From the IMG/VR virus record IMGVR_UViG_3300022744_000020, positions 62,001 through 126,000 of that record: a stretch of DNA of 64,000 bases; one strand, 5' to 3'. Made by a program: the position numbers and the translations under genes. The notes beneath the pieces were generated by a model that did not search any database, was not told the DNA's origin, and worked only from the letters and a program-made list of their open reading frames with translations. How positions within the stretch are numbered: the first letter of the stretch is position 1; every line of letters begins with the position of its first letter. Positions 18,604 to 28,467 of the stretch are shown piece by piece.

Positions 18604-20331
18604 ATGAGCACCACCGGAAATCCGTTGGCCATTGTCGGTACGGATGGTTTCAGTCCCATCTATAACCCGGAAGGCCGTTTTCAACAATGGGATAAAGCCC
18701 AGATCTACCTGGGCCGAGAAGGAAAGAATAAGTACGTCCCGAACGTGCGGGACCACGTGGTCGAGACCATTGGTCGTCGGATCATGAAGTACATCGTTAC
18801 CAGCCTTTCTGTGGAGTTGGTGCCCACGCTGGAAGCGGAGGATCAGACGCTGTATTTGGGAGACATGTCCCAATACGACTGGTTGGTGGGCGTAGGGTTG
18901 GGGGCTCGAAGCGATTACTACCTTGCCTATGTCGATAAGCGAGTGAAGCCGAATCGCCTGTGCATCGACACTCGTTTGGTGGTTCCAGGCTCCGCTGCCG
19001 CCTACTGCAAGGTTTTCCGCGGAGCTACGCTGGATGACTCTGGCGTGGTGGTGAGTCGAGTCTATTCTCCGGGTGGTCAGTTCCTCAGTGAAAACATTCC
19101 TTTGGAATTGGTGGCGACTGGAACAATGAACAATCTGGCGATCAAGACACCGGTTGCGGCACACACCAATTTGGACCTCATCAACAACGAAAGACTCACG
19201 GCGGTCTTCTACGACAACAACGGCACGCCGATGGACCGGAGAAATCTGGTTGTGCACGAAACGGGCTACATTCGTAGTTTGGATGCTGGTAAGAAATACA
19301 TCATCAGCGTCGAACTTGAATCTCCCTTCATCGATCGTGGTAATCCGAGATTGATCAGCTATCCGATCAACCTTCCGCTTCAGGGTTTGAATCTGACGGC
19401 TGTCGTGACATATTCGAACGGTACGCAAACGGAGGTCAAGCGATTCGGGATTGATCAATCGAAGGTTGAGCTGTTTGGCTTCAGTCAGTACGTTTCTACA
19501 CGAGTGGGGAGAAAGTTCGAAGTGGTTCTGAAGTACCACCTCGGCGCAGATGAGATTTCCTACGATCTCAACAACGTGGGAAACACCTCCATCACCGTGA
19601 AGTACAACGCGGTAACGCTCAACGCCGATGGCGTCTACGGTATGCAGCTTTACGCATATCCGGTTTGGAAGGATGCCGTCTCTGGCTACTCGCTGAAATG
19701 GTGGATGTACAACTTGAGACGAAACGTTTTCTTCGACGTGACGGACCAGGTTCGAATCAACACAACGCTATCGGCTTTCAATCCTCTCAGTTACGGTGTT
19801 CTGCAGCGACTGTCGGTGTCGATCAATCTGAGAGACGTGAACCCGATGTACCGCAGCTACGTTCACACGCAAGTCATGGACGTGGTGCTCGAAGCGCCGG
19901 GATCAGATCGTAGTGGCACCAATTGGAGCGTGGGGTTTGTCCCAACGCAGGAAGCTCGGTACGGGATCGGTATCCATGCAACGACGCAGTACCTCTCTGC
20001 AGGTCGGTGGAATCTGAACATAACTTCCGGAATCACCAAGAAGTCGGAATGGATCGAGAGAATCTACAGGGCTACTCAACCACTGAGCGATCCGGGTACG
20101 GAATATGCGGCTCCGGAACCAACTCATTTCGTGCTGGTGGTTGGAGATTTGTCGGTGGAATATCCGATCGATCAGTGGAATTCGAACTTCACTGTGACGG
20201 CAGAGATGAGAAACAGTCAAAGCGTGTTCATCCGCTTCATTCATCGCACTCCTACCGATGATCTTCAACTCAGCATTGCTGGGATGATCGTCTATCAGTT
20301 GGATGCGACCGGAGCGGTTCTGGGCGTATAA
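18604..20331 (+). CDS. virion/baseplate structural protein (phiKZ gp26-like)
   Basis: 575 aa beta-rich ORF, third in the cluster between sheath and terminase. Confidence 0.7.
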   Translation: MSTTGNPLAIVGTDGFSPIYNPEGRFQQWDKAQIYLGREGKNKYVPNVRDHVVETIGRRIMKYIVTSLSVELVPTLEAEDQTLYLGDMSQYDWLVGVGLGARSDYYLAYVDKRVKPNRLCIDTRLVVPGSAAAYCKVFRGATLDDSGVVVSRVYSPGGQFLSENIPLELVATGTMNNLAIKTPVAAHTNLDLINNERLTAVFYDNNGTPMDRRNLVVHETGYIRSLDAGKKYIISVELESPFIDRGNPRLISYPINLPLQGLNLTAVVTYSNGTQTEVKRFGIDQSKVELFGFSQYVSTRVGRKFEVVLKYHLGADEISYDLNNVGNTSITVKYNAVTLNADGVYGMQLYAYPVWKDAVSGYSLKWWMYNLRRNVFFDVTDQVRINTTLSAFNPLSYGVLQRLSVSINLRDVNPMYRSYVHTQVMDVVLEAPGSDRSGTNWSVGFVPTQEARYGIGIHATTQYLSAGRWNLNITSGITKKSEWIERIYRATQPLSDPGTEYAAPEPTHFVLVVGDLSVEYPIDQWNSNFTVTAEMRNSQSVFIRFIHRTPTDDLQLSIAGMIVYQLDATGAVLGV

Positions 20332-20343
20332 GCTCAATCAAAT

Positions 20344-20388
20344 TACGCCAACGCAGCCATGGGGAAACCCAGGCTGCGTTGGCGTATG
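20344..20388 (+). terminator. long hairpin with GAAA loop and TATG at its base
   Basis: tacgccaacgcagcc..gggaaaccc..ggctgcgttggcgta-tg. Confidence 0.7.
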
Positions 20389-20418
20389 CTGAAACCTTAT
20401 TGGAAGTTATAATGACCC

Positions 20419-20433
20419 TATATTACTTACGTG
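20419..20433 (+). promoter_or_regulatory. early promoter matching the phiKZ-type consensus
   Basis: TATATTAC-ttacg-TG. Confidence 0.75.
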
Positions 20434-20475
20434 AGTAATTGATCAAACGTCTCTTCCACCACCGAGGTAATCCTC

Positions 20476-21252
20476 ATGACCCGTAATTGCATTTTCCCCG
20501 CTACTGCTGAAGACTTCGAGCGTCCCTATTACGGTGGGGTAAAACGAAAGATCTTCACCTTGAAGGAAGCCAACGAATATCTGAAGACTGAACAGCAACT
20601 CATCACTCAAAGCAGCTCTACCTGGGGCGTTCATTTTTACTGCAACGATCATTTGTTTTCGGCTGTTAGAAACAAGGGAGAGGAAACTCTCTGGCTTCTG
20701 CCAGAGTATTTTTGTCCCAGCACCCATCGATTAACCCAAGGTCGGCGTCACGTTGTTCCTCGCGCCGGTCTGGAAGACGGCGTGGTCGATAGCGTGGAAA
20801 AATATGAATTCATTTTCCACCACGATAGCAGACTCCTTACAACTTTAGAAGAGTTGATTCATTTCATCAACGTGGAGCAGCCACGGATGGCCAAAGAGAT
20901 CGCTCTCAAGATGCTGCGAAATAAACCAAAAAGCGTCACCTATCAGGACAACTTCCTTGGTGTTCCGGTCCACCAGATTTTGGCAGATAAAAGGATCCCG
21001 ATTTCAAAGATCGTCGCGGACAAGTCCGGATCTATCTACCGCCTACATGGCTATCGCTACGAGTGCGGCGATGTCTATTGGCACTCACGCGAGATGGTGG
21101 AAGTTGGGCACCAATACTGGCTTCGAGTGACAGCAACGTACGGCTCTCTGAAAAGAAAGAACAAGAACCTCAAACACATCCAGACCCGACTGGACAAGAA
21201 GGCGGAAAAGCATCTGCGCGAAGCCGTCATCGACTACATCGAGAGGAAGTAA
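20476..21252 (+). CDS. hypothetical protein; C-terminal half paralogous to the next gene
   Basis: GAGGT RBS; 258 aa. Confidence 0.8.
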   Translation: MTRNCIFPATAEDFERPYYGGVKRKIFTLKEANEYLKTEQQLITQSSSTWGVHFYCNDHLFSAVRNKGEETLWLLPEYFCPSTHRLTQGRRHVVPRAGLEDGVVDSVEKYEFIFHHDSRLLTTLEELIHFINVEQPRMAKEIALKMLRNKPKSVTYQDNFLGVPVHQILADKRIPISKIVADKSGSIYRLHGYRYECGDVYWHSREMVEVGHQYWLRVTATYGSLKRKNKNLKHIQTRLDKKAEKHLREAVIDYIERK

Positions 21253-21256
21253 GGTC

Positions 21257-21658
21257 GTGAACCAAAAAGAAATTCTCCAATTCGTTCAGAATCGTCCAAA
21301 GAACCTGCATGGTTTCGATGATTGGTTCAGAACCGACATGCACGAAATCTTAACGCGAGGTATCCGCGTCAAGCGGCTGAGAATTTACCGTGTTGTTTGG
21401 CACGATTCGTCCGGTCGGGAGTTTATCCAATATGAAGTGGAATGCGAGACCGGCCGCCGACATCACGATGGTCGGATTGAGTGGTTTCAGAACGGATGTG
21501 CGGTGGGGGTTTTTCCGCACGACGACCGAAGAGGGAACCGCAGCTATAGGAAAGCAAAGCGCCACGTCAACCAACTCTCGAAGACCTGGGCGAACCGGGC
21601 CAAGAGGCAGCTTTCTGAAGAGCTTCAAAGCAAGAAATGGATGCTTCTCGTTCAGTAA
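21257..21658 (+). CDS. basic hypothetical protein
   Basis: GTG start just after the upstream stop; similarity to the upstream gene. Confidence 0.75.
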   Translation: MNQKEILQFVQNRPKNLHGFDDWFRTDMHEILTRGIRVKRLRIYRVVWHDSSGREFIQYEVECETGRRHHDGRIEWFQNGCAVGVFPHDDRRGNRSYRKAKRHVNQLSKTWANRAKRQLSEELQSKKWMLLVQ

Positions 21659-21714
21659 AAAAAAAACCAATCCCGCAAATATATAGAGCAACTCGTCTGG
21701 TACTTGGAGTAACT

Positions 21715-22002
21715 ATGACCATTTTGGAAAAACTCAGAAAGCTGCGCGAAACAAGCAAAGCGGATGTAAAATTGACAGTCTTCGACCTCGCCGATCGCAA
21801 GGACGAGTTGAAGAAAACGATCAACGAAATGCGGGTTGGTGATGTGGTTGGTGGTATTGCAACCATCAACACCATTTTGCAGAATGGACAGGTCGTCTAC
21901 GTCAAGGTCACGCATCTTCCGCAGAGTTTGAAAATTCGGAGATTCTGGCACTACGAAATCGATGCGGCGCTGGATCACGCCTTGACCCAGTACGGCGCGT
22001 GA
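21715..22002 (+). CDS. hypothetical protein
   Basis: GGAG RBS and ATG 21715; hairpin at 22023-22049. Confidence 0.75.
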   Translation: MTILEKLRKLRETSKADVKLTVFDLADRKDELKKTINEMRVGDVVGGIATINTILQNGQVVYVKVTHLPQSLKIRRFWHYEIDAALDHALTQYGA

Positions 22003-22104
22003 GTTCTGCCGACGAATGAACAGGCACTCCGGGGATTCCCCGGAGTGCCTGAATCTTTTTATTTTGTTGTTCAATCTTTAGAACCTCAACCACAAAGGTG
22101 CTTT

Positions 22105-22935
22105 ATGAATTACACCCTGAACATTGCCCACGTAATGGCCTGCGATCTCCCTGAGAAACTCCAAAGTCTCGGAATGGGGCATACACCCAAAGGACAAGTG
22201 CTAATGGAGGCACTACTTAACGTGGAGTTCTTTCGAGACTTTATTGTGGTGATTGGAAAGATTGAGGACGAGGAACAGCGGCATCACGGCTGGGTTGTTT
22301 CCATGTCGGCGTATCATCCAGGAACAATAGTCATCAAGAGAAACAAAGCTGTCTTCACCGGAGTTTATGGCGATCCTAAAGATCATCTATTCATAATTCA
22401 AATGGATTCCACAGATAGAGGGCTGCATTTAGGAGCATTGGAAGTTATTTCAAAGATAAGAAAAATTGCAAATTCTCGTGATAAAAACCAGGAAGCGACA
22501 GTCAATCAAGTTTTCGGTTTGCGGGCTCTTTTGAGAGAGTATTGCGTCTGTAATTCTGATGTTTCAGGCTCTACGGCATTTGCCCCTCCTTCAGTTTTTC
22601 TGATGCACTCGGTAAAAAATCAAGAAAACGCGAAGTATTACAGCGCGGCGGGAATCAGGATTGGTCCTAAGTGGATACGCGACGTGAGGGCGTGGGTTTA
22701 TGTCAGTCCCATCGGGCTTGTTTTCCGAGGAATGCATGTCGTCGCTGAAGATTCCAAGACCGGAGAGTTACGAACACACACTCGTTATGGAACGGAATAC
22801 CGAGTCGAAGACTCTTATAACGAGGCAACCCTCATGGCTTGGCTGATGGATAATTATCCTACGTTTGATCCGCATGGAAAAGATTTCTTTGAACACGGAA
22901 CCACCAAAGGTTGGAGTTTTTCCTATTCGGAATGA
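22105..22935 (+). CDS. hypothetical protein
   Basis: AAAGGT RBS and ATG 22105; AT-richer codons. Confidence 0.7.
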   Translation: MNYTLNIAHVMACDLPEKLQSLGMGHTPKGQVLMEALLNVEFFRDFIVVIGKIEDEEQRHHGWVVSMSAYHPGTIVIKRNKAVFTGVYGDPKDHLFIIQMDSTDRGLHLGALEVISKIRKIANSRDKNQEATVNQVFGLRALLREYCVCNSDVSGSTAFAPPSVFLMHSVKNQENAKYYSAAGIRIGPKWIRDVRAWVYVSPIGLVFRGMHVVAEDSKTGELRTHTRYGTEYRVEDSYNEATLMAWLMDNYPTFDPHGKDFFEHGTTKGWSFSYSE

Positions 22936-22987
22936 ATTAAGAACATACATTACCTTAGTGCTTTCAACCAACCATAGAGGTTTTTCG

Positions 22988-23581
22988 ATGATTGATAATG
23001 ACCGCGTTGACACCCTGGCTGACGTTCTGAGTGGGTGGTGGAACAGGATTTGTCGCTGGATAACGAACAACCCTACGGCGGTAGACGCTGCAGCATTCGT
23101 GGCTGACCGCGACATCTCCAGCAAGACCGAAGATCGTCGTCCGCTTCACTGGACGGATGAGCATTTCCTGGGGTGTCCCGTCATCGTTTTGTCGGGAGAC
23201 AAGGGAGATGACATCTCTGTTGCGATTGGTTTCGCAACAGATATTTTCGAGCTGGGTACAAACCAATACACCCTGGTGATCGATAACTATCTGGGTCGCG
23301 GAAGCCCGGACAACGAAAAGATCATCTCGTTTGGTCGGATGTTTCCGTATTCGGAGAGTCTTCTGTGCGCTCTAAGCGTCCTCAGTCCTGATGAAGTCAT
23401 GACCATCACTGCCCGTGGTGGTTCTTTGATGATCGATCAGGAACAGCCGTGGAAGCTCCTGGTCCCTCCGAAGAATGCGGAGCCGCTGGTCGATTACGAC
23501 AAAGTGAAAGACGTCCTGAATCGTGAGGGTTTCTACGACCATGAGTTCTTCATGGAACCATGGAAAGACGGAGAAAATTGA
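22988..23581 (+). CDS. phage hypothetical protein
   Basis: GAGG RBS; TACATTAC-N5-TG at 22946-22960. Confidence 0.75.
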   Translation: MIDNDRVDTLADVLSGWWNRICRWITNNPTAVDAAAFVADRDISSKTEDRRPLHWTDEHFLGCPVIVLSGDKGDDISVAIGFATDIFELGTNQYTLVIDNYLGRGSPDNEKIISFGRMFPYSESLLCALSVLSPDEVMTITARGGSLMIDQEQPWKLLVPPKNAEPLVDYDKVKDVLNREGFYDHEFFMEPWKDGEN

Positions 23582-23582
23582 A

Positions 23583-23846
23583 ATGAAGCGAATCATCATC
23601 CAGCAAACTAAGGGTTGCTTTCGTCGATTCACGCTGGGCAAACGCCCGTTGTTGTTGCCCTTGTGGCCCATCGTGGGTGAGGATCATCCAGCATGGATCG
23701 TTCAAGAAAACATTAGTCGCTGGCCTCTCGGCGACAGCCTGCGCTGGAAAAGCGACTGCGGAATGATGCTATTCAAGGATCGTCGGCAAGCCAAGCGCTA
23801 CATCAATCGAAAAAGCCAGATGTTCAAACGTCATCGTCGAGACTGA
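23583..23846 (+). CDS. small basic hypothetical protein
   Basis: GGAG upstream; starts next to the previous stop. Confidence 0.65.
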   Translation: MKRIIIQQTKGCFRRFTLGKRPLLLPLWPIVGEDHPAWIVQENISRWPLGDSLRWKSDCGMMLFKDRRQAKRYINRKSQMFKRHRRD

Positions 23847-23891
23847 ACGTCGGATTAAAAACATCAACAGCGAAACAAAGAAGGAACAATC

Positions 23892-24596
23892 ATGACCATT
23901 TGGATAGCCTCCATCCCCCTCGAACATTGCCGTAAAGGAACGGTCTCCTGGACCCTTCCAGAGGCAGGTTGGAAAATGATGCGCCGCAAGCGCCCACTGA
24001 TCCTCAATCTGGATCCGGACGGATTTCTGAAGGAAGAACTTCAGGAACGCGCCAAGCTGGAGATGAATCTCTATCAGCTTCAAAGTCCGCAACACCCCGA
24101 AGCGATGGCGTATTTCGATGTGGTCGGTGATCGCACCTCCGGACCTTTCAGTGAAGAGGGCTTTGATCGCCAGAATTGCCTTCTGTGCCAGCTTGCTCTG
24201 GGAGTCAGTCAGACGCTGGAAGTCCGGACAAACCTTGCTTACTGGTGGAATTTGCCGGAAGGTCAGGTCCCGGACGAAGACGGGAAACAATTAGTTAATC
24301 CGTATCTTCACCTGAAAGGGGTGAATTATCTCCGGGCAAACGTTCTGACCTTCGAAACGCAAGCTCGTACGGCCGGCATGTCGCTGAAGGACGCAGCGAA
24401 TCATCGCAATCAGCTTGCCTCGAAAGTTCTGAAACTCCCACTGCTGACCAATCGCGTCCGTGAGCGAGCCATCCAGAACATCCAGCTTGGAGATGACATC
24501 GGCAAGGTCCTGGAAAGGACCAAGCTGCAATTACAGGCACTTGAAAATGCTCGGAGATCAATCGGCCGGGGTTTGGCCAACCACGAACCCTATTAA
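23892..24596 (+). CDS. hypothetical protein
   Basis: AAGGA RBS; 234 aa. Confidence 0.75.
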   Translation: MTIWIASIPLEHCRKGTVSWTLPEAGWKMMRRKRPLILNLDPDGFLKEELQERAKLEMNLYQLQSPQHPEAMAYFDVVGDRTSGPFSEEGFDRQNCLLCQLALGVSQTLEVRTNLAYWWNLPEGQVPDEDGKQLVNPYLHLKGVNYLRANVLTFETQARTAGMSLKDAANHRNQLASKVLKLPLLTNRVRERAIQNIQLGDDIGKVLERTKLQLQALENARRSIGRGLANHEPY

Positions 24597-24605
24597 GGAG
24601 CTGGA

Positions 24606-25358
24606 ATGTCTGTTCCATTCTATCGCAACATTTACCTCGAGACGACGCCTTACGCGTTTCGAGATCTGCCGATGAACATCAAACCGCCGGGGGAGCTCTG
24701 GGCGATTTATGGTCACGTCTTCCGGGAAGGAAGTTGTAGTTACGGCTTACTGGAATGGTGTTACGACCAAGCCGATGCCGAAAAGCTTCTGCTGGAGATG
24801 AAGAAGGATCCGGGGATCTACTGTCTGAAAGCTCAAAGCTATCAGGAATGGGAGTTCCAGGAGCGTGGACATGTCAGCAAGGAGCAAAGAAAGAAGAAGG
24901 CCATCGAGCGCCAGCGCAACGGAGTAAAGCTCTGCCGGCTGATATGCAAAGCGGTAGAGTCGATTCAAGCAGCTCGCGATCGCCATCAAGACTTCTCTGA
25001 AATGAAACGGTCCCCGGAGAAGTCCTGGACGGAGCTGACTACGCATCTAATCGAACTCGGTTTGCTGAGACCTCTTCCGGAAAACCCCTTCAGTGTCGAA
25101 CAATACGATTGGGATCGCTGTTACTGGGATGGTCTGATGGCTCTGCTTTATCAGATCGCGTGCGCTCGGGTGGCGATTTCCCCGGACTACGATTACATCC
25201 AGATCGATTTCGTAACCTCCGGCATTGCCCTGGCCGAGAGGACTCGTCGGGAAACGACACTGAAGTGTGAACTTCCTGATACTTCGATCTTCCTTCGCGT
25301 CCTGGTCGCAAACCACAACAGTCCAAGCAAGGAGCTCCCATGGACGATGAGAAAATAA
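24606..25358 (+). CDS. hypothetical protein
   Basis: TAAGGAG RBS; 250 aa. Confidence 0.75.
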   Translation: MSVPFYRNIYLETTPYAFRDLPMNIKPPGELWAIYGHVFREGSCSYGLLEWCYDQADAEKLLLEMKKDPGIYCLKAQSYQEWEFQERGHVSKEQRKKKAIERQRNGVKLCRLICKAVESIQAARDRHQDFSEMKRSPEKSWTELTTHLIELGLLRPLPENPFSVEQYDWDRCYWDGLMALLYQIACARVAISPDYDYIQIDFVTSGIALAERTRRETTLKCELPDTSIFLRVLVANHNSPSKELPWTMRK

Positions 25359-25546
25359 AAGTGCATCTATCTCTAGGCGGCATTCTCTTGGGTGTCGGTC
25401 TTGGTTTGGGCATGCTCATGGCTGCCAAACTTCAGGTAGAAAAAGAAAGGGCCGAACAACAAGATCGAAAGTTGCTCGAGCAACCGCGACTTCCCCTTAA
25501 TACCAGGAATCCAAAACCCTACCGCTACCGTCGATCGGTGAGGTAA
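25340..25546 (+). CDS. small single-TM protein with a basic tail
   Basis: AAGGAG RBS; LSLGGILLGVGLGLGMLMAA segment. Confidence 0.7.
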   Translation: MDDEKIKVHLSLGGILLGVGLGLGMLMAAKLQVEKERAEQQDRKLLEQPRLPLNTRNPKPYRYRRSVR

Positions 25547-25618
25547 ATTCACCTGAATCCGTTGAGTGTTCGAACAGATACCCTCTGTTCGAACTACTTT
25601 CTTTTTGCAAAGTAAAAA

Positions 25619-26215
25619 ATGAAACCAAACAACTGCGAAGGCGATCCCTTAGACTTGGGATCCAAGATCTCATCTTTCCGAGGATACGTTTTGAATCTGA
25701 ATCCATCGGACGATGTTTTTCTTTATTACCGAGAATTTGCATATCAGAAAGAAAGCGCATCGGGAGCACGGATAGACTGGGAGGGGCTGAAAGGGATCGG
25801 AATTTTGAAACCAACCCATGGCAGTGAGCCGGATTTTCCCTATGTTCGGACCTGGGTAACGACCTACTACTCTGTTATCAAAAATGGAGAAATCGTCGGC
25901 ATGTTCCTTCTGTATAAAGGAGCTTTGCACATGGTCTACATCGATTCAGAACACCGACGTAAAGGCTTACTCAGATGGGTGTGCAAGAAACTGGACATAA
26001 AAACGATTTTTTCTGCAGCGGATCGTGCTGTAGGGGCTTACGTTCATTTAGGATTTCGACCGATTGCAAGATGCCACTATGGCGGTGGATACGTGCTTTC
26101 GAAAAACTTAACTTGTGTCGCCGATGCAGCGGATTCATGGCCCGATTATTTTTCTTTCTTCCCACACAGATCAATGCCAGAAGTTGTCAATTATTCGTTC
26201 GAAGAATTCGAATAA
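25619..26215 (+). CDS. GNAT-family acetyltransferase
   Basis: Acetyl-CoA motif VYIDSEHRRKGL and C-terminal AVGAYVHLGF. Confidence 0.7.
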   Translation: MKPNNCEGDPLDLGSKISSFRGYVLNLNPSDDVFLYYREFAYQKESASGARIDWEGLKGIGILKPTHGSEPDFPYVRTWVTTYYSVIKNGEIVGMFLLYKGALHMVYIDSEHRRKGLLRWVCKKLDIKTIFSAADRAVGAYVHLGFRPIARCHYGGGYVLSKNLTCVADAADSWPDYFSFFPHRSMPEVVNYSFEEFE

Positions 26216-26297
26216 CTTAGAGGCTTGTTTTTCTTCTTAATATGACTACCCTATTAAGCCGTTTGAGCTTAATAGGGTCCCTTATGAGGAGAATGCA

Positions 26298-28412
26298 ATG
26301 ACTATTCTTTTTTTGAACGATTGGTACAAGTACCCTGAAGCCGTCCTTGATTTGGAGACGAAAAATCGCTCCTGGATAGAGCTGGCTTATAAATACAAAT
26401 CGGTAGGCATTAAGAACCATAATTTCTTACTAGCGCTACATAACCCGCGACTAAGAGGGGTGGACCCACACGATCCGAATCTCACTGTTGAACAGATGGT
26501 GATGATCCAGGTGGAGTGCGAACAGAATTTTTGGTACTGTGCTCGCAATGTTTGGAGGGCGCCAGCGGACTCCGGTACTGAGACGGACCCCATCCGAGCC
26601 AATCGTGCCATCGTGAGTTACTGGTGGGGGTTTCTAAATCACATTTTCTACATCCTGACCCAGTGTCGACAAACCGGTAAGAGTTTCGGTTCTGACGTTT
26701 GTGACCTGACCACGATGAATTTCCAGGCAAGAAATATTCAAATCAACTTGCTGACAAAAGACGACATTCTTCGGGCACGAAACATTGAGCGACTGAAGCT
26801 CATTTACGACACCCTGCCGCCTTATCTTCATTATCGAACAAAAAACGACAGCAACAACACCGAAAACTTCACAATCAAAAAGCGCGGCAATAGCTATCTT
26901 GCTCACGTTCCTCAGTCGAGCGAAAAAGGCGCGTATAAGCTTGGTCGTGGTTTGTCTACTGCGGTGTTTCGAGTCGACGAACTTCCCTTCCAACCTCATG
27001 CACGCGTGGCCTTTGGCTCAGCCATTGGCGCAATGGGTGACGCTGCCGACAAGGCCATGAAGAAGGGTGAACCATACGGCATCGGAGTGACCACTACGGC
27101 GGGTAAGAAGGATGACCCTTCTGGTGAATTTGTTTACGAAATGATCCAAGAATCTGCTCCTTGGTCGGATCATTTCCTAGACGCCAACGATCCCACTCAT
27201 TTGGAACAAATGATCCGTAAGAACTCCCCTGGAAATGTTTTCCAGGTTTTCGGATGGTTCAATCATATCCAAACCGGTAAAGATGATCAGTGGTTGAAGA
27301 AACGTCTGGAAGACTCCAAACAATCCAGGCAAGATGCCAATCGAGATTACTTCGGTATTTGGACGAGTGGCTCGGCATCGTCCCCCCTCCCTACCGAGCT
27401 GATCGAGAGACTGCAAAATCACATCGCAACGGTGGCGTACGATCATCGCTGGCCTGAGGACGACTTCATTCTGAGCTGGTACATTCCGGCCAATCAAATT
27501 GCTTTGCGCACTCGCCGAGGAAAGCAAGTCATCGGGATGGACTCCAGTGATGCAATCGGCAGAGACAGCATCACGTTCTTCATGGTCGATGTCGAAACTG
27601 GTGAGACGCTCTGCACAGGAAGTTTCAATGAACGTAACCTCATGAGCTTTGCTCGGTGGTTGGTCAAAGTCATGGTGGCTTTTCCGGAGTCTGTGCTTAT
27701 CCCTGAGCGTCGAGGTTCTGGGGTTTATATCATCGACTACCTGCTGGACATCCTGCCGCCTCAAGGGATCGATCCGTTCAAGCGTATTTTCAACTGGGTT
27801 GTCAACGATCCAATTGCACATGAGTCGCTTTACGAAGAAGCCAAGCTCCCACTGCGTCGGCGTGAAGAAAGCTTATACGTTCGAGCAAAGAAGTATTTTG
27901 GGTTTGCCACGTCTGGGTCCGGTGATACGTCTAGAAGCCTGCTGTACGGGCATTTAGAGGGCTTCTGTGACCTTTTGTACGACGTCTTAAGGGATCGCAG
28001 ACTCATGCAGGAAATCTTTGGCCTGGTGCTGAAGAATGGGCGTATCGATCATGGCGCCGGAGGTCACGACGACATGGTGATTGCCATGCTTTTGGCTCAC
28101 TGGTTCTTGAGTAAAGGAAAAAATCTTTCCCATTACGGAATCGACCCCCAGACAGTTTTGGCCGATCGGAAGAGCACCAGCAAAGTGGTCCTGAGCGATT
28201 ACCAAGAGCAGTATCAACATCGGCTCCGAATGGAAATGGCGCAAGCGGTGGAGGATCTCAAGAACGAATCGGATTCCCTGGTTTACGATTTGATTGAACG
28301 CAAGATCCGCTTCTTGAACCGAAACCTCATTCAGGAAGACAGCGAAATTTTCTCGGTGGATGCCATCATCAACGAGATCAGAAAGAGTCGTGGTCGCAAA
28401 CGCGATCAATAA
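26298..28412 (+). CDS. terL: terminase large subunit (phiKZ gp25-like)
   Basis: Walker A RQTGKS, Walker B FRVDE, TTTAG, nuclease motifs GMDSSD and HDDMVIA; GAGGAG RBS. Confidence 0.93.
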   Translation: MTILFLNDWYKYPEAVLDLETKNRSWIELAYKYKSVGIKNHNFLLALHNPRLRGVDPHDPNLTVEQMVMIQVECEQNFWYCARNVWRAPADSGTETDPIRANRAIVSYWWGFLNHIFYILTQCRQTGKSFGSDVCDLTTMNFQARNIQINLLTKDDILRARNIERLKLIYDTLPPYLHYRTKNDSNNTENFTIKKRGNSYLAHVPQSSEKGAYKLGRGLSTAVFRVDELPFQPHARVAFGSAIGAMGDAADKAMKKGEPYGIGVTTTAGKKDDPSGEFVYEMIQESAPWSDHFLDANDPTHLEQMIRKNSPGNVFQVFGWFNHIQTGKDDQWLKKRLEDSKQSRQDANRDYFGIWTSGSASSPLPTELIERLQNHIATVAYDHRWPEDDFILSWYIPANQIALRTRRGKQVIGMDSSDAIGRDSITFFMVDVETGETLCTGSFNERNLMSFARWLVKVMVAFPESVLIPERRGSGVYIIDYLLDILPPQGIDPFKRIFNWVVNDPIAHESLYEEAKLPLRRREESLYVRAKKYFGFATSGSGDTSRSLLYGHLEGFCDLLYDVLRDRRLMQEIFGLVLKNGRIDHGAGGHDDMVIAMLLAHWFLSKGKNLSHYGIDPQTVLADRKSTSKVVLSDYQEQYQHRLRMEMAQAVEDLKNESDSLVYDLIERKIRFLNRNLIQEDSEIFSVDAIINEIRKSRGRKRDQ

Positions 28413-28419
28413 AACAACA

Positions 28420-28457
28420 CAGACTGTACTCGGGGGTTGACCCCCGAGTACAGTCTG
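28420..28457. terminator. 17-bp hairpin between convergent genes
   Basis: cagactgtactcggggg-ttga-cccccgagtacagtctg. Confidence 0.75.
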
Positions 28458-28467
28458 GTTTATCAGG

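Noticed and set aside
21679-21695. Weak promoter-like matches here and near 32248, 41667 and 57692
   Set aside because: They deviate from the octamer or the 5-nt spacing, so they were not called
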